Source of the DNA: an uncultured Gaiellaceae bacterium
GTDB lineage: Bacteria > Actinomycetota > Thermoleophilia > Gaiellales > Gaiellaceae
DNA: 64,000 nucleotides
NCBI GenBank assembly: GCA_963820225.1
Contig: CAWFYY010000005.1
Coordinates: 125,620 to 189,619 of the forward strand
Direction of reading: 5' to 3'
The notes below the pieces were generated by a model, which was not told where the DNA came from, searched no databases, and was given only the letters and a program-made list of their open reading frames with translations. Positions 1 through 9,806 of this stretch are shown piece after piece. A program made the position numbers and the translations under genes. How positions within the stretch are numbered: the stretch's first letter is position 1; the number at the start of each line of letters is the position of its first letter.

Positions 1-1827
1 CAGGAGATCCGCAAGCTCTGCGAGGCGCAGGAGGATCTGCGCCGCCAGGTCGGCAAGGTGAAGTGGCTCGACCCGGAGCTGACGACCGAGCTCGAAACCT
101 CGCACGGGCACACGGTCTGGGAGAGCATCCAGGCGAAGGGCCTACGCGAGGGCGCAGCGGTGACCGAGGAGCTCGAGGACCAGCTGGCCCCGGACCTGAC
201 GATGGACTCGACCGAAGAGGACATCAACCGCCGGATGCAGGTCCGCGCCAGCCTCGCGGCGCTGATCGAGAAGCAGCGGCTGGCGGCCGTCGAAGGCCCG
301 GTGCGGGAGCAGTTCGAGAACGACCTGCGTGCGCTCACCGATGCGGAGCAGGACTCGAAGGAACTGAAGTCCGCGAAGCGGCATCTGCTCTTCGACCGGA
401 TCGTCGAGACCGTTCAGCTGCCGTTCCCGGTGGGCCCGGCGACCGTCGACGGAGAGGGGCCGGTCGTCAAGGACTCGGTCACGAAGAGCTACGTCAAGAA
501 GGCTTCCGAGGCGATCTACAAGGACCTCGTCCGCAAGAAGATCGCGATCGACAAGCGACGCCCGGACGGCCGTGCCACGGACGAGATCCGGCCGATCGAG
601 TGCGAGGTGACGGTCAGCCCGCGCGCACACGGCACGGGGCTCTTCCAGCGCGGCCAGACCCAGATCCTGTCGCTGCTGACGCTGGGCACCGCGAAGGAAG
701 GCCAGCGGATCGACGACCTCTCACTCGAGACCGACCGCCGCTTCATGCACCACTACAACTTCCCGCCCTACTCGGTCGGGGAGACGGGCTTCATGCGAGG
801 CCCGAAGCGGCGTGACATCGGCCACGGCGCACTCGCACAGAGGGCGCTCGAGGCGGTCATCCCGGATGCCGAGGACTTCCCGTACACGATCCGGATCGTC
901 TCCGAGACGCTGGAGTCGAACGGCTCGTCGTCGATGGGATCCGTGTGCGGCTCGACGCTCGCTCTGATGGATGCCGGCGTGCCGATCAAGGCGCCTGTCT
1001 CCGGCATCGCGATGGGCCTCGTCAAGGAGGGTGACGACTACGTCATCCTCACCGACATCCAGGGCGCGGAGGACCACCTGGGCGACATGGACTTCAAGGT
1101 CGCCGGCACACGGGACGGAATCACCGCGCTCCAGATGGACATCAAGATCACCGGCGTCACGCAGGAGATCATGCGCGGGGCGCTCGAGCAGGCGAAGCAG
1201 GCTCGCGAGTTCATCCTCGACCGGATGCTCGAGGCGTTGCCCGAGGCTCGCACGGAGCTCGCTCCGCACGCGCCGCGGATCTCGTCGATCCAGATCAACC
1301 CGGACTTCATCGGGATGGTCATCGGCAAGGGCGGCGAGACGATCCGCTCGCTCGAGTCGGAGTACGACGTCCAGATCGACATCGAGGAGGACGGCACGAT
1401 CCTCGTCTACGCCACGGAGGGCACCAAGGCCGACGCCGCGATCGCTGCGATCGCTGCGCTGACCAAGGAGCCCGAGGTGGGCGACACGTTCACCGGCAAG
1501 GTCGTGAAGACGACCCAGTTCGGGGCGTTCGTCGAGCTGAAGAAGGGCACCGACGGGCTGTTGCACGTCTCGAACGTCGGCCCCGGCCGCGTGGCGCACA
1601 TCGAGGACGTCATGGCCCGCGGCGACGTGGTCGACGTGCTCGTGCAGGAGGTGGACAAGGCGCGTGGCCGCATCGGCCTCAAGCTCGTCCACAAGCACGA
1701 GGACGGACGGCTGGTCGAGCCGGAGGAGCTGATCGAGCGGGCGAAGAGCGCCCCGCCGCGGCCCCCCGAGGAGGAGCGTCCGCGCCGTGACGGCGATCGC
1801 GGCCGCCGCGGCCCCCGCCGCGACTAG
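1..1827 (+). CDS. pnp: polyribonucleotide nucleotidyltransferase (PNPase), 5' end outside window
   Basis: Frame 1 is open from nt 1. The translation shows the second RNase PH domain (SNGSSSMGSVCGSTLALMDAGVPIK), a KH motif (MVIGKGGETIRSLE), an S1 domain (GKVVKTTQFGAFVEL) and an Arg/Pro-rich tail. Stop is at 1825-1827. Confidence 0.95.
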   Translation, partial: QEIRKLCEAQEDLRRQVGKVKWLDPELTTELETSHGHTVWESIQAKGLREGAAVTEELEDQLAPDLTMDSTEEDINRRMQVRASLAALIEKQRLAAVEGPVREQFENDLRALTDAEQDSKELKSAKRHLLFDRIVETVQLPFPVGPATVDGEGPVVKDSVTKSYVKKASEAIYKDLVRKKIAIDKRRPDGRATDEIRPIECEVTVSPRAHGTGLFQRGQTQILSLLTLGTAKEGQRIDDLSLETDRRFMHHYNFPPYSVGETGFMRGPKRRDIGHGALAQRALEAVIPDAEDFPYTIRIVSETLESNGSSSMGSVCGSTLALMDAGVPIKAPVSGIAMGLVKEGDDYVILTDIQGAEDHLGDMDFKVAGTRDGITALQMDIKITGVTQEIMRGALEQAKQAREFILDRMLEALPEARTELAPHAPRISSIQINPDFIGMVIGKGGETIRSLESEYDVQIDIEEDGTILVYATEGTKADAAIAAIAALTKEPEVGDTFTGKVVKTTQFGAFVELKKGTDGLLHVSNVGPGRVAHIEDVMARGDVVDVLVQEVDKARGRIGLKLVHKHEDGRLVEPEELIERAKSAPPRPPEEERPRRDGDRGRRGPRRD

Positions 1828-1848
1828 CACCCGCGGTCGTTGATGGTT

Positions 1849-1878
1849 CGAGGGGGGCGGTGTGAGCCGCCCCCCTCG
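1849..1878. terminator. GC-rich hairpin between convergent pnp and the large secreted-protein gene (possible bidirectional terminator)
   Basis: A 12-bp perfect stem pairs cgaggggggcgg (1849-1860) with ccgcccccctcg (1867-1878) around a 6-nt loop. A short T tract (cttt) follows. Confidence 0.6.
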
Positions 1879-1881
1879 CTT

Positions 1882-4800
1882 TCAGGGGCCCACGGCCGTG
1901 TTCATGTCGCTCTGGATCTCGGTGGCCGAGAGAGCGCGCCCGTAGATGCGGACGTTGTCGATCAGGCCGGCGAACCACTCGCCCCAGGTGCCGTTGCCGC
2001 CGATCCTGAGGGCGCCGGTGGACGGGCTCATGCTGCCGCTGACGGCGCGTGTCGACGCCAGTGTGCCGTTGACGTAGAGGCGGAGGCTCGCCCCGTCGTA
2101 ACTCGCGGCGAGATATGTCCAGAGGTTGTTCGCGAGCGTTGCCGGGCCGCGAGTGTCGAGGTCGGAGCCGCCGACGACGACATGGCCGCTCGGCCTCCCC
2201 GTGTCGGTGTCCGCGTAGAGCGCATAGGCCATGAACCCTGGTGTCTCCTTGAGCGCGACCGTTTGCCAGTCGGCGCCCGCCCCGGTGGGGTTAACCCACG
2301 CAGACAGCGTCATCCCGTTGCTCAGATCGAGATCGTTCGCATCGGCGACGGTGACCCAGTCGTTGACACCGTCGAACGAGAGTGCGCCGCCGTTCTTGCC
2401 CGCGGTCGACCACGTCGCGCCCGAGATCGTGCCGGTGTGTCCCTTGCCGGTGGCGTCTGCCGCTGTCGTCCCGGCGCCGGCGTCGAATGACCACGCGCCG
2501 ACGAGCCCGGACGGTGGCGGCGGCACGCTGTTGTCGACCGTCACGGTTACGCCGGCCGAGGTCGTTTCGTTTCCAGCTGCGTCCCGGGCGACCGCGCGGA
2601 GCGTGTGTGGGCCTGCCGACGCTGTCGTCGTGACCCAGGAGGTGCTGTACGGCGCAGTCGTGTCAGGGGCTCCGAGAGGCGCCCCGTCGAGGGTGAATTG
2701 CACGCTCGCGACGCCGACGTTGTCGGACGCGCTCGCCTGTACGGTCACCGTGCCGGAGACCGTCGTGCCCCCGGCCGGAGCCGTGACGGCGACAGTGGGA
2801 GCCGTCGTGTCGCTCGTGACGGTTGCGCTCGCCTCGTTCGAGGGGGCGCCGACGTTGCCCGCGGCGTCCTCCGCGGTCACCCGGTAGAAGTAGGTACCCG
2901 CCGAGACGGTGTCGGTGTAGGTCGTGCCGGTCGGCTGCGCGATTCGGTTCGAAACGCCGGGGACGAAACCCGCCACCGTGGACCGGTGCACGTTGTAGCG
3001 CACGACCGCGACGTTGTCGGTGGCGGCGGTCCAGCTGAGGCTGGCCGAGCCGAGCGCCCCTGTCGCCTGCAATCCGGTGGGGGATCCCGGCGGTGTGACG
3101 TCCCCCGTTACGACTCCGGTCGCCTGGTTCGAAGCGGCGCCGACGTTCCCGGCGGCGTCCTCTGCAGTGACGCGGTAGTAGTACGTGCCCGGCGCCAGGC
3201 CAGGATCGCTGAAGCCCGTGCCCGCCGGCTGGCTGATCCGGTTGGCGGTGCTCGGCGTGAACCCCGCCGTCGTGCTGCGGTGAACGTTGTACCGGACGAC
3301 GCCGACGTTGTCCGTCGCGGCCGTCCAGCTGAGCGTGACCGAGCTCAAGCCTCCTGTCGCGCTGAGTGCGCCCGGGGCGGTCGGCGCCTGCGTATCGGTC
3401 GGCGGCGGCGGCCCGACCGGGGTGGCCATGTCGGCCTGGACCTCCGTCAACGAGAGGGCGCGGTTGTAGAGGCGAAGATCGTCGAGTTGGCCGGAGAAGA
3501 ACTCGTCCCAGATGGCGTTGCCGCCGATCCGGAACGGGCCGGCGGAGGCGGGCAGCGAGCCCGCCGCGGTCGTCGAGCCGGAGAGCGCGCCGTTCACGTA
3601 CAGGCGGACGGCGGCGCCGTCGTAGGTGGCGGCCAGGTGGGTCCAGACGTTTGCCGGCAGCTGGCTCGCGCTCCTCGCTTCGGCCTCGCTGCCGCCCAGC
3701 AGAACGTTCGCGCTAGCCCGCTGGCCGCTGTTGTTTCCGTAGAGGGCGTAGACGAGGTTCCCGGTCTGCTCCTTGAGCGCGACCGTCCGCCAGCGGTTCG
3801 CAGAGGTCGGCTGCACCCACGCTTCCAGCGTCATCCCCGTTGTCAGGTCCAGCGCCGCCGTGTCCGCGACCGTGACCCAGTCATTGACGCCGTCGAACGA
3901 GAGTGCGCCTCCGTTCTTCCCCGTGGCCGACCAGGTCGCGCCTGCGATCGTGCCCGTGTGGCCGCGACCGGAGACGTCCGCGAGCGTCGTGCCGCTGCCG
4001 GCGTCGAAGGAGTACGCGGCGACTAGCGCGGACGGTGGAGGCCCGGTCGAGAAATTGGCGGTGTACGTCGTCGGGGAGGCGGGGGCAACGATCGTGTGGG
4101 TCTGTGCGCCGCCGTCCGACCAGGACGAGAACGTGTACGACGAGCCACCGAGGGTCTGCGGCGAGACGGCGCTGACGGAGTTCGCGGAGCCGATGATCAC
4201 GGTGCGGGTGAATGGCGCGGCAGCCTGGGTGCTGCCGACGACGAGCTGGAGCCCGGCCGTGCTCGAGGCGAACGTGAGCACCACGGTTTGCGGGTCGAGC
4301 CTGAGCGTCTCGGTATCGGCCAGACCGCCCGCGTCGGTCGCGGTCAGGCGGAGCTCGAGATACGAGGGGTACTCGTGATCGGGGGCCGTGAACGAGCCGG
4401 AGGCGACGCCCGGGTACGTCTGGAGCGTGTGCTGATGGCAGTTCGAGGGGCAGTGCTGCATGACGAGCTCCCAGCTCAGCGCGCTGGCCGGCAGCGTTCC
4501 CTGCTCCGGGTCGGTCGCGGAGCCGGAGAAGGAAATGACGTTCCCGACCCGCCAGGTCGTCCCGGCGGCGGGTGTCGCGATCGTCGCCGAAGGCGCCGAG
4601 TTGCCGACACTGATCGTGATTGGATCGCTGACGCTCGAGGCGCCCGCCGCGTCGGTGACGCGCAGCCGCGCCTCGTAGTCCCCGGCCGCGGAGAACGTCC
4701 TGGTCGGCTGTGCAGCCGTCGAGTCGTCGAAGAGGCCGTCCTCGTCGAGGTCCCACGCGTAGGCGATCGTGTCGCCGGCGTCAGGATCGCTCGAGCCCGT

Positions 4801-6288
4801 GCCGTTGAAGGTGACCGCAAGCGGGGCGGCGCCACTCGTCGGGTTCGCCGTGGCCACTGCGATCGGGGGCCTGTTGGCGCTGAAGTAGCGGATCCGTCGA
4901 ATCGTGCCGCCGTCGAAGTCGGCGTAGAAGAGATCGCCCTCAGGACCGATCTGGAGGTCGACCGGATTCGCAGCTGCGGCGGCGAACGTCAGCCGGGCGG
5001 CCGGGTTGGGAAGCCCGTTCGCTCCTGCCGGCATCGCCCAGATGCAGTCTCGCGAGTAGTCGGCGAAGAAGAGCGCGCCGGCGTAGCCCGGGTAGTTGCC
5101 CTCCTCGTAGAACGCGGTCCCCGCCGCGGAGGAGCTGCCGGTCGGGCAGGTCTCGCCCGGTACCACCAGCGCGCTGTGATTCCAGTTGAAGTACGGAGCG
5201 GTGATGGCGGAAGGGCCGGCGGCGTACAGGTTCTCGCAGATGTTCAGGTTGGCGCCGTCGTAGCCGGACTGGCGGCCGTCGCCCTCGTAGCACGGCCAGC
5301 CGAAGTTCTTGAGGCCGGTCGTTGGCTCGATGCGATCGAGCTCCTCCCACGTGTTCCAGCCGACGTCGCCGACCCACACCTCGCTCGTGTGCGGCCTGAC
5401 CCCGATCCGGAACGGGTTACGGAAGCCGTGCGCGACGATCCGCCGCGCGTTGGCGTCGGAGCTGAACGCGAGCGGGTTGTCCGGCAGTCCCTGACCCGTC
5501 GCCGGATCGACGCGAAGCACGGCCCCGTCGAGCGAGGTGGGGTCGGTCGTCGTCCGCAGGTCCTGGCTGCGAAGTGCTCCCCCTTCGGCAGTCGGAGGCG
5601 TCAGGGTCGACCCGGGGCCGCCGGGCGGATCGCCGCACGGGTTGAGCGGGCTGCCGTCCTGGCCCCAGTCTGCGAAGTTGAAGCTGGCGCCGTCGCCGCC
5701 GCTCACGTACAGCGCGCCGTCGGAACCGAACGCGAGGCTGCCGACCGAGTGGCTCGGATACTGCTGGCACCAGTCCTCGATCAGCACCTGCTCGGGCCCG
5801 GTCATCGTGTTGTCGGCAGCCTGGAGCCGTGAGAGCCGGCCCGAGACGACGCAGCCGTCGCCGGTCGCGCCCGGCGGAGTGGGGCAGGGGTCGGAGAGGA
5901 TGCCCGGCGTGCCCCAGCGCGGCGCGGTCCCACCGATCGCGGCGTCGTGCGCGTAGAGGACGTAGACATACGGATTCGCCGGGAAGGAGGGGTCGAGGGC
6001 GAAGCCGAGGAGGCCGCGGTCCCAGAAGTTGTGCACGTTCGTGCTCAGATCGGCGAACACGGTCGGCGTCAGGTCGGTGAGATTGTCGAAGACCTTGATC
6101 AGGCCGCTCTTCTCGGCGACGAAGACCCGCCCGTCGGACGCGAAGCGAACGACTGTCGGGTTGGTGAGGCCGCTGAAGACGACGGTCTCCTGGAAGCCGC
6201 TCGGAAGCGTGGCGGTGTGCGCCGCCGCAGGGAGGACCAGCAGGACGATCCCGAGCAAGACAGAGGCCACATGGCGCCGCAAAGCCAT
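1882..6288 (-). CDS. large secreted multidomain protein: soluble PQQ-dependent sugar dehydrogenase-like beta-propeller, PKD, LamG, 2x FN3, bacterial Ig and a second LamG
   Basis: The N-terminal signal peptide is MALRRHVASVLLGIVLLVLPAAAHT; ATG 6288 is preferred over the track's TTG at 6294. The propeller carries GFRNPFRIGV...VGWNTWEELD. Two near-duplicate FN3 units each contain LSWTAATDNVxVVRYNVHRST...YYRVTAEDAAGNVG. Two roughly 200-aa LamG units each contain GGALSFDGVNDWVTVAD...LRLYVNG, at about nt 1885-2520 and 3415-4045. Confidence 0.85.
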   Translation of the reverse strand: MALRRHVASVLLGIVLLVLPAAAHTATLPSGFQETVVFSGLTNPTVVRFASDGRVFVAEKSGLIKVFDNLTDLTPTVFADLSTNVHNFWDRGLLGFALDPSFPANPYVYVLYAHDAAIGGTAPRWGTPGILSDPCPTPPGATGDGCVVSGRLSRLQAADNTMTGPEQVLIEDWCQQYPSHSVGSLAFGSDGALYVSGGDGASFNFADWGQDGSPLNPCGDPPGGPGSTLTPPTAEGGALRSQDLRTTTDPTSLDGAVLRVDPATGQGLPDNPLAFSSDANARRIVAHGFRNPFRIGVRPHTSEVWVGDVGWNTWEELDRIEPTTGLKNFGWPCYEGDGRQSGYDGANLNICENLYAAGPSAITAPYFNWNHSALVVPGETCPTGSSSAAGTAFYEEGNYPGYAGALFFADYSRDCIWAMPAGANGLPNPAARLTFAAAAANPVDLQIGPEGDLFYADFDGGTIRRIRYFSANRPPIAVATANPTSGAAPLAVTFNGTGSSDPDAGDTIAYAWDLDEDGLFDDSTAAQPTRTFSAAGDYEARLRVTDAAGASSVSDPITISVGNSAPSATIATPAAGTTWRVGNVISFSGSATDPEQGTLPASALSWELVMQHCPSNCHQHTLQTYPGVASGSFTAPDHEYPSYLELRLTATDAGGLADTETLRLDPQTVVLTFASSTAGLQLVVGSTQAAAPFTRTVIIGSANSVSAVSPQTLGGSSYTFSSWSDGGAQTHTIVAPASPTTYTANFSTGPPPSALVAAYSFDAGSGTTLADVSGRGHTGTIAGATWSATGKNGGALSFDGVNDWVTVADTAALDLTTGMTLEAWVQPTSANRWRTVALKEQTGNLVYALYGNNSGQRASANVLLGGSEAEARSASQLPANVWTHLAATYDGAAVRLYVNGALSGSTTAAGSLPASAGPFRIGGNAIWDEFFSGQLDDLRLYNRALSLTEVQADMATPVGPPPPTDTQAPTAPGALSATGGLSSVTLSWTAATDNVGVVRYNVHRSTTAGFTPSTANRISQPAGTGFSDPGLAPGTYYYRVTAEDAAGNVGAASNQATGVVTGDVTPPGSPTGLQATGALGSASLSWTAATDNVAVVRYNVHRSTVAGFVPGVSNRIAQPTGTTYTDTVSAGTYFYRVTAEDAAGNVGAPSNEASATVTSDTTAPTVAVTAPAGGTTVSGTVTVQASASDNVGVASVQFTLDGAPLGAPDTTAPYSTSWVTTTASAGPHTLRAVARDAAGNETTSAGVTVTVDNSVPPPPSGLVGAWSFDAGAGTTAADATGKGHTGTISGATWSTAGKNGGALSFDGVNDWVTVADANDLDLSNGMTLSAWVNPTGAGADWQTVALKETPGFMAYALYADTDTGRPSGHVVVGGSDLDTRGPATLANNLWTYLAASYDGASLRLYVNGTLASTRAVSGSMSPSTGALRIGGNGTWGEWFAGLIDNVRIYGRALSATEIQSDMNTAVGP

Positions 6289-6366
6289 GACCAAACGTCT
6301 ACTCCGTTGTCACGCGGTGCACAACTAGCCACAGGAGCAGAGCGGAGCCGGCGCTAGGATCGGTCC

Positions 6367-7656
6367 GTGCAGCAGCCCTATGACCTCTCGTCGCTCCCCA
6401 CCGGGGAGCAAGTCATCTCGGAACACGTCCCGAGTGTCCGCTCCGTGTCGCTCGGTTTCTGGATCGGTACCGGCTCGCGTGACGAGACCGACTCGCGCGC
6501 AGGCGTCTCGCACTTCATCGAGCACCTGCTCTTCAAGGGCACAGGCACGCACACCGCCCAGGAGATCGCGGAGATCTTCGACGGGCTCGGCGGAGAGCTG
6601 AACGCCGCGACCTCGAGGGAGACGACGCTCGTCTATGCGCGCGTCCCCGACGACCGGCTCGAGCCGGCGCTGGACGTGATCGTCGGCATGGTCTACGACC
6701 CGGTGTTCGCCGAGGTCGATGCCGAGCGCGAGGTCGTCCTCGAGGAGATCGCGATGGTCGACGACAACCCGCAGGATCTCGTCCACGACGTCGTGGCAGA
6801 AGCCGTGTTCGGAGGCCATCCGCTCGGGCGCCCCGTGATCGGGCGCGCTTCGGTGATCTCGTCGGTCTCGCGAAAGGCACTTGCGACGTACCACCGTGGC
6901 GTCTACGCGCACGACAACATCGTCGTCGCGGCTGCGGGGAACGTGACGCACGACCGTGTGATCGAGCTGCTCAAAGCGCGGATCCCCAAGACCCAGCCTC
7001 CTGCGAGGCGCACGCGCAAGCCCTTTACCCGCGTCCCGGCGCCGGGTTACCGCTTTCAGCGGAAGTCGACCGAGCAGTACCACGTGTGTCTCGGCGCCCC
7101 GGGCATCTCGCGTCTCGACGAGCGCCGCTTCGCCGCGTCGCTGCTCGACTCGATCCTCGGCGGCTCGGCGTCCTCGCGCCTCTTCCAGGAGATCAGGGAG
7201 AAGCGCGGGATGGCGTACTCCGTCTACAGCTTCGCCTCCCAGTACTCCGACGCCGGGCAGATCGGCCTCTACGTCGGTACGCGCGAGGAGAACCTCGTCG
7301 AGTGCATGGAGATCGTGGCCCGCGAGCTCACGGACGTCTCGGACGGGAAGGTCCGGAGCGGCGAGCTCGAGCGGGCGAAGGAGAACCTGAAAGGGCGGAT
7401 GCTGCTCTCGATGGAGTCGACCTCGAACCGGATGAGCCGGCTCGGGAAGTCGCTGATCACAGGTTCCGAGCTTCTCTCGCTCGAAGAGCTCGTCGAGCGC
7501 GTCGATGCGGTGACGGGCGACGAGGTGGCCGAGATTGCCGGCGACCTGCTCCGGCTCGACCGGCTCTCGGCCGCCGGGATCGGGCCGAGCGAGGCGCGGT
7601 TCAAGGCCGCAGTGCAGCGCGTCAACCCCGCACTTGTCGGACGCAAAGCCGCATGA
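6367..7656 (+). CDS. M16 family zinc peptidase (pitrilysin/insulinase-like)
   Basis: The HxxEH zinc motif (HFIEHLLFKG) is present, the length is 429 aa, and the gene sits in the conserved position between pnp and dapB. Confidence 0.9.
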   Translation: MQQPYDLSSLPTGEQVISEHVPSVRSVSLGFWIGTGSRDETDSRAGVSHFIEHLLFKGTGTHTAQEIAEIFDGLGGELNAATSRETTLVYARVPDDRLEPALDVIVGMVYDPVFAEVDAEREVVLEEIAMVDDNPQDLVHDVVAEAVFGGHPLGRPVIGRASVISSVSRKALATYHRGVYAHDNIVVAAAGNVTHDRVIELLKARIPKTQPPARRTRKPFTRVPAPGYRFQRKSTEQYHVCLGAPGISRLDERRFAASLLDSILGGSASSRLFQEIREKRGMAYSVYSFASQYSDAGQIGLYVGTREENLVECMEIVARELTDVSDGKVRSGELERAKENLKGRMLLSMESTSNRMSRLGKSLITGSELLSLEELVERVDAVTGDEVAEIAGDLLRLDRLSAAGIGPSEARFKAAVQRVNPALVGRKAA

Positions 7657-8261
7657 AAGTCCTCTTGCTGGGCCGGCACGGCAAGGTCGGCTCGGTTCTG
7701 GGGCCGGCACTCGAGGAGGCGGGCCACGAGCTCGTCGACTCGACCGACGATGCCGACGCCGCCGTCGACTTCACGGCCCCGGACGCCGTGGAGGAGAACG
7801 TGCGCGCGTGCCTCGCTGCCGGCGTGCCGGTTGTCGTTGGGACATCGGGCTTCGACCTGGAGCGGCTGGCGGCGCTCGCAACCGAGCACGACCTGCCGGT
7901 CTTCTACGCGCCGAACTTCGCGCTCGGAGCGGTGCTGATGATGCGCTTCGCCGAGGAGGCCGGGAAGGTCATGCCGGACGCGGAGATCATCGAGCTGCAC
8001 CACGAGACGAAGCAGGACGCACCCTCCGGCACGGCCAGGGCGACTGCCGAGCTGTTGCCGGGTGAGACGCCGATCCATTCGGTGCGCCTGCCGGGACTCG
8101 TCGCGCACCAGGAAGTGATCTTCGGCGGCTCTGGGCAGACGCTGACGATCCGCCACGACACGACCTCCCGTGAGGCGTTCGTGCCGGGCGTCCTGCTCGC
8201 GTTGGAGAAGCTGAGCGCGTTGCCGCCGACGTTGACGGTCGGCCTCGACGAGCTTCTGTAG
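7653..8261 (+). CDS. dapB: 4-hydroxy-tetrahydrodipicolinate reductase (short form, 202 aa)
   Basis: ATG 7653 overlaps the M16 stop as ATGA. Motifs include MKVLLLGRHGKVG (NAD(P) fold), VVGTSGF and ELHHETKQDAPSGTA. Confidence 0.9.
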   Translation: MKVLLLGRHGKVGSVLGPALEEAGHELVDSTDDADAAVDFTAPDAVEENVRACLAAGVPVVVGTSGFDLERLAALATEHDLPVFYAPNFALGAVLMMRFAEEAGKVMPDAEIIELHHETKQDAPSGTARATAELLPGETPIHSVRLPGLVAHQEVIFGGSGQTLTIRHDTTSREAFVPGVLLALEKLSALPPTLTVGLDELL

Positions 8262-8402
8262 CAGGGCTTCGCGCGGCCCAGCCTCCGGCTCGACCGTCGC
8301 CTGTGACCGCCGCAGTGGTCGCTGACGACTCCGCCCGAGTCGTGCGCGTGGGCCGCGCCGCGTGACTCTGTTCTGCCGAGGCACTTTTGTCAAGATCGAA
8401 CC

Positions 8403-8894
8403 GTGATCGAGTTCGTCGTCGGTGACCTGACCGCGCAGCCGGTCGATGCGATCGTGAACGCGGCGAGCACGGCGCTCCTCGGCGGCGGAGGGGTCGACGG
8501 TGCCATCCATCGCGCGGGGGGTCCGGCGATCCTCGCCGAGAGCCGGCTTCTCGGGGGGTGCGACACGGGCGACGCGAAAGCGACGACCGCAGGACGGCTG
8601 CCTGCACGCTGGGTGATCCATGCGGTCGGGCCGGTGTGGCGAGGGGGCTCGGCGGGCGAGGCGGACCTGCTCGCATCTGCGCATCGGCGGGCCCTGGAGG
8701 TTGCGCGCGACCTCGGGGCGCGCACCGTTGCGTTCCCGGCGATCTCGTGCGGCATCTACGGCTATCCGCCGGAGCTCGCCGCCCCCGTGGCGCTCGAGGC
8801 GGTCCGCCCGTCCGAGGACGACTTCGAGACGATCAGGTTCGTCTTCCTGAGCGCCGCTCTGCGCGAGGTGTTCGCAACGGCCGGGCGAAGGTAG
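8403..8894 (+). CDS. macro domain protein (O-acetyl-ADP-ribose deacetylase / ADP-ribose-binding, YmdB-like)
   Basis: Motifs are VNAAS...[14 protein letters not shown] and [12 protein letters not shown]; length is 163 aa. Confidence 0.85.
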   Translation: MIEFVVGDLTAQPVDAIVNAASTALLGGGGVDGAIHRAGGPAILAESRLLGGCDTGDAKATTAGRLPARWVIHAVGPVWRGGSAGEADLLASAHRRALEVARDLGARTVAFPAISCGIYGYPPELAAPVALEAVRPSEDDFETIRFVFLSAALREVFATAGRR

Positions 8895-8903
8895 GATTCA
8901 CTC

Positions 8904-9785
8904 GTGCTCGGCGACGTTCTGACCGCAATCGTGACGCCGTTCAAGCGGGACGGCTCGGTCGACTTAGACAGCTTCCGCGCGCTTGCGCGCCACCTCGTCG
9001 AGAACGGCTCCGACGGCCTGGTCGTCACCGGCACGACAGGCGAGGGGCCCGTGCTCTCCGACGAGGAGCGCCTGGCGCTCTACGCTGCTGCGCTCGAGGA
9101 AGTGGGCGAACAGGCGACCGTGGTCGCCGGCACCGGCACCTACGACACACGCCACTCGATCCACCTGACAGAGCAGGCGCACGAGCTCGGCGTCGACGCC
9201 GTCCTGGTCGTGACTCCCTACTACTCGAAGCCGCCGCAACGCGGGATCGTGGCGCACTTCGAGGCAGTGTCCGCGGCCACCGACAGGCCCGTCGTCGTCT
9301 ACAACATCCCGAGCCGCGTGGTGATCAACATCGAGCCCGACACGATCTCGCGACTCGCCGAGATCGAGAACGTCAGCGCGGTCAAGCAGGCCTACGACGA
9401 TCTTTCAGAGGCGAAGCACATCGTCGAGACGGGCCTCGACCTCTACGCCGGCGACGACGACCTGATCCTGCCGTTCCTCGAGCTCGGCGGCGTCGGCGGC
9501 ATCTGCGTGCACACGCACGTGGTCGGTCCCCAGGTGAAGGAGCTCGTCCGGCTGTGGAAGGCCGGCGAGCACGACGCGGCCCGGGAGCTCAACAGGGAGC
9601 TCGCCCCTTCGATCGAGCTCCTGCGAGTCGTCGGCAACCCGATCGCGATCAAGGCGGCGCTCAATCTGCTCGGGCACGAGGTCGGTGGGCATCGGCTGCC
9701 ACTCGTCGAGGCCACTCACGACGAACGCGACCGCGTTCGTGACTGCCTCTCGCGGCTCGGCCTGCTTCAACCCGCCGTCGCGTAG
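8904..9785 (+). CDS. dapA: 4-hydroxy-tetrahydrodipicolinate synthase
   Basis: Carries the TPF...GLVVTGTTGEG motif and YNIPSR; length is 293 aa, with a GTG start. Confidence 0.93.
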   Translation: MLGDVLTAIVTPFKRDGSVDLDSFRALARHLVENGSDGLVVTGTTGEGPVLSDEERLALYAAALEEVGEQATVVAGTGTYDTRHSIHLTEQAHELGVDAVLVVTPYYSKPPQRGIVAHFEAVSAATDRPVVVYNIPSRVVINIEPDTISRLAEIENVSAVKQAYDDLSEAKHIVETGLDLYAGDDDLILPFLELGGVGGICVHTHVVGPQVKELVRLWKAGEHDAARELNRELAPSIELLRVVGNPIAIKAALNLLGHEVGGHRLPLVEATHDERDRVRDCLSRLGLLQPAVA

Positions 9786-9806
9786 GCCGCGCGTACACTC
9801 CGGCGC

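Noticed and set aside
1841-1860. The GGTTCGAgg string as a possible tRNA T-arm.
   Set aside because: No acceptor or anticodon stems can be folded around it. It is part of the terminator hairpin between pnp and the convergent gene.
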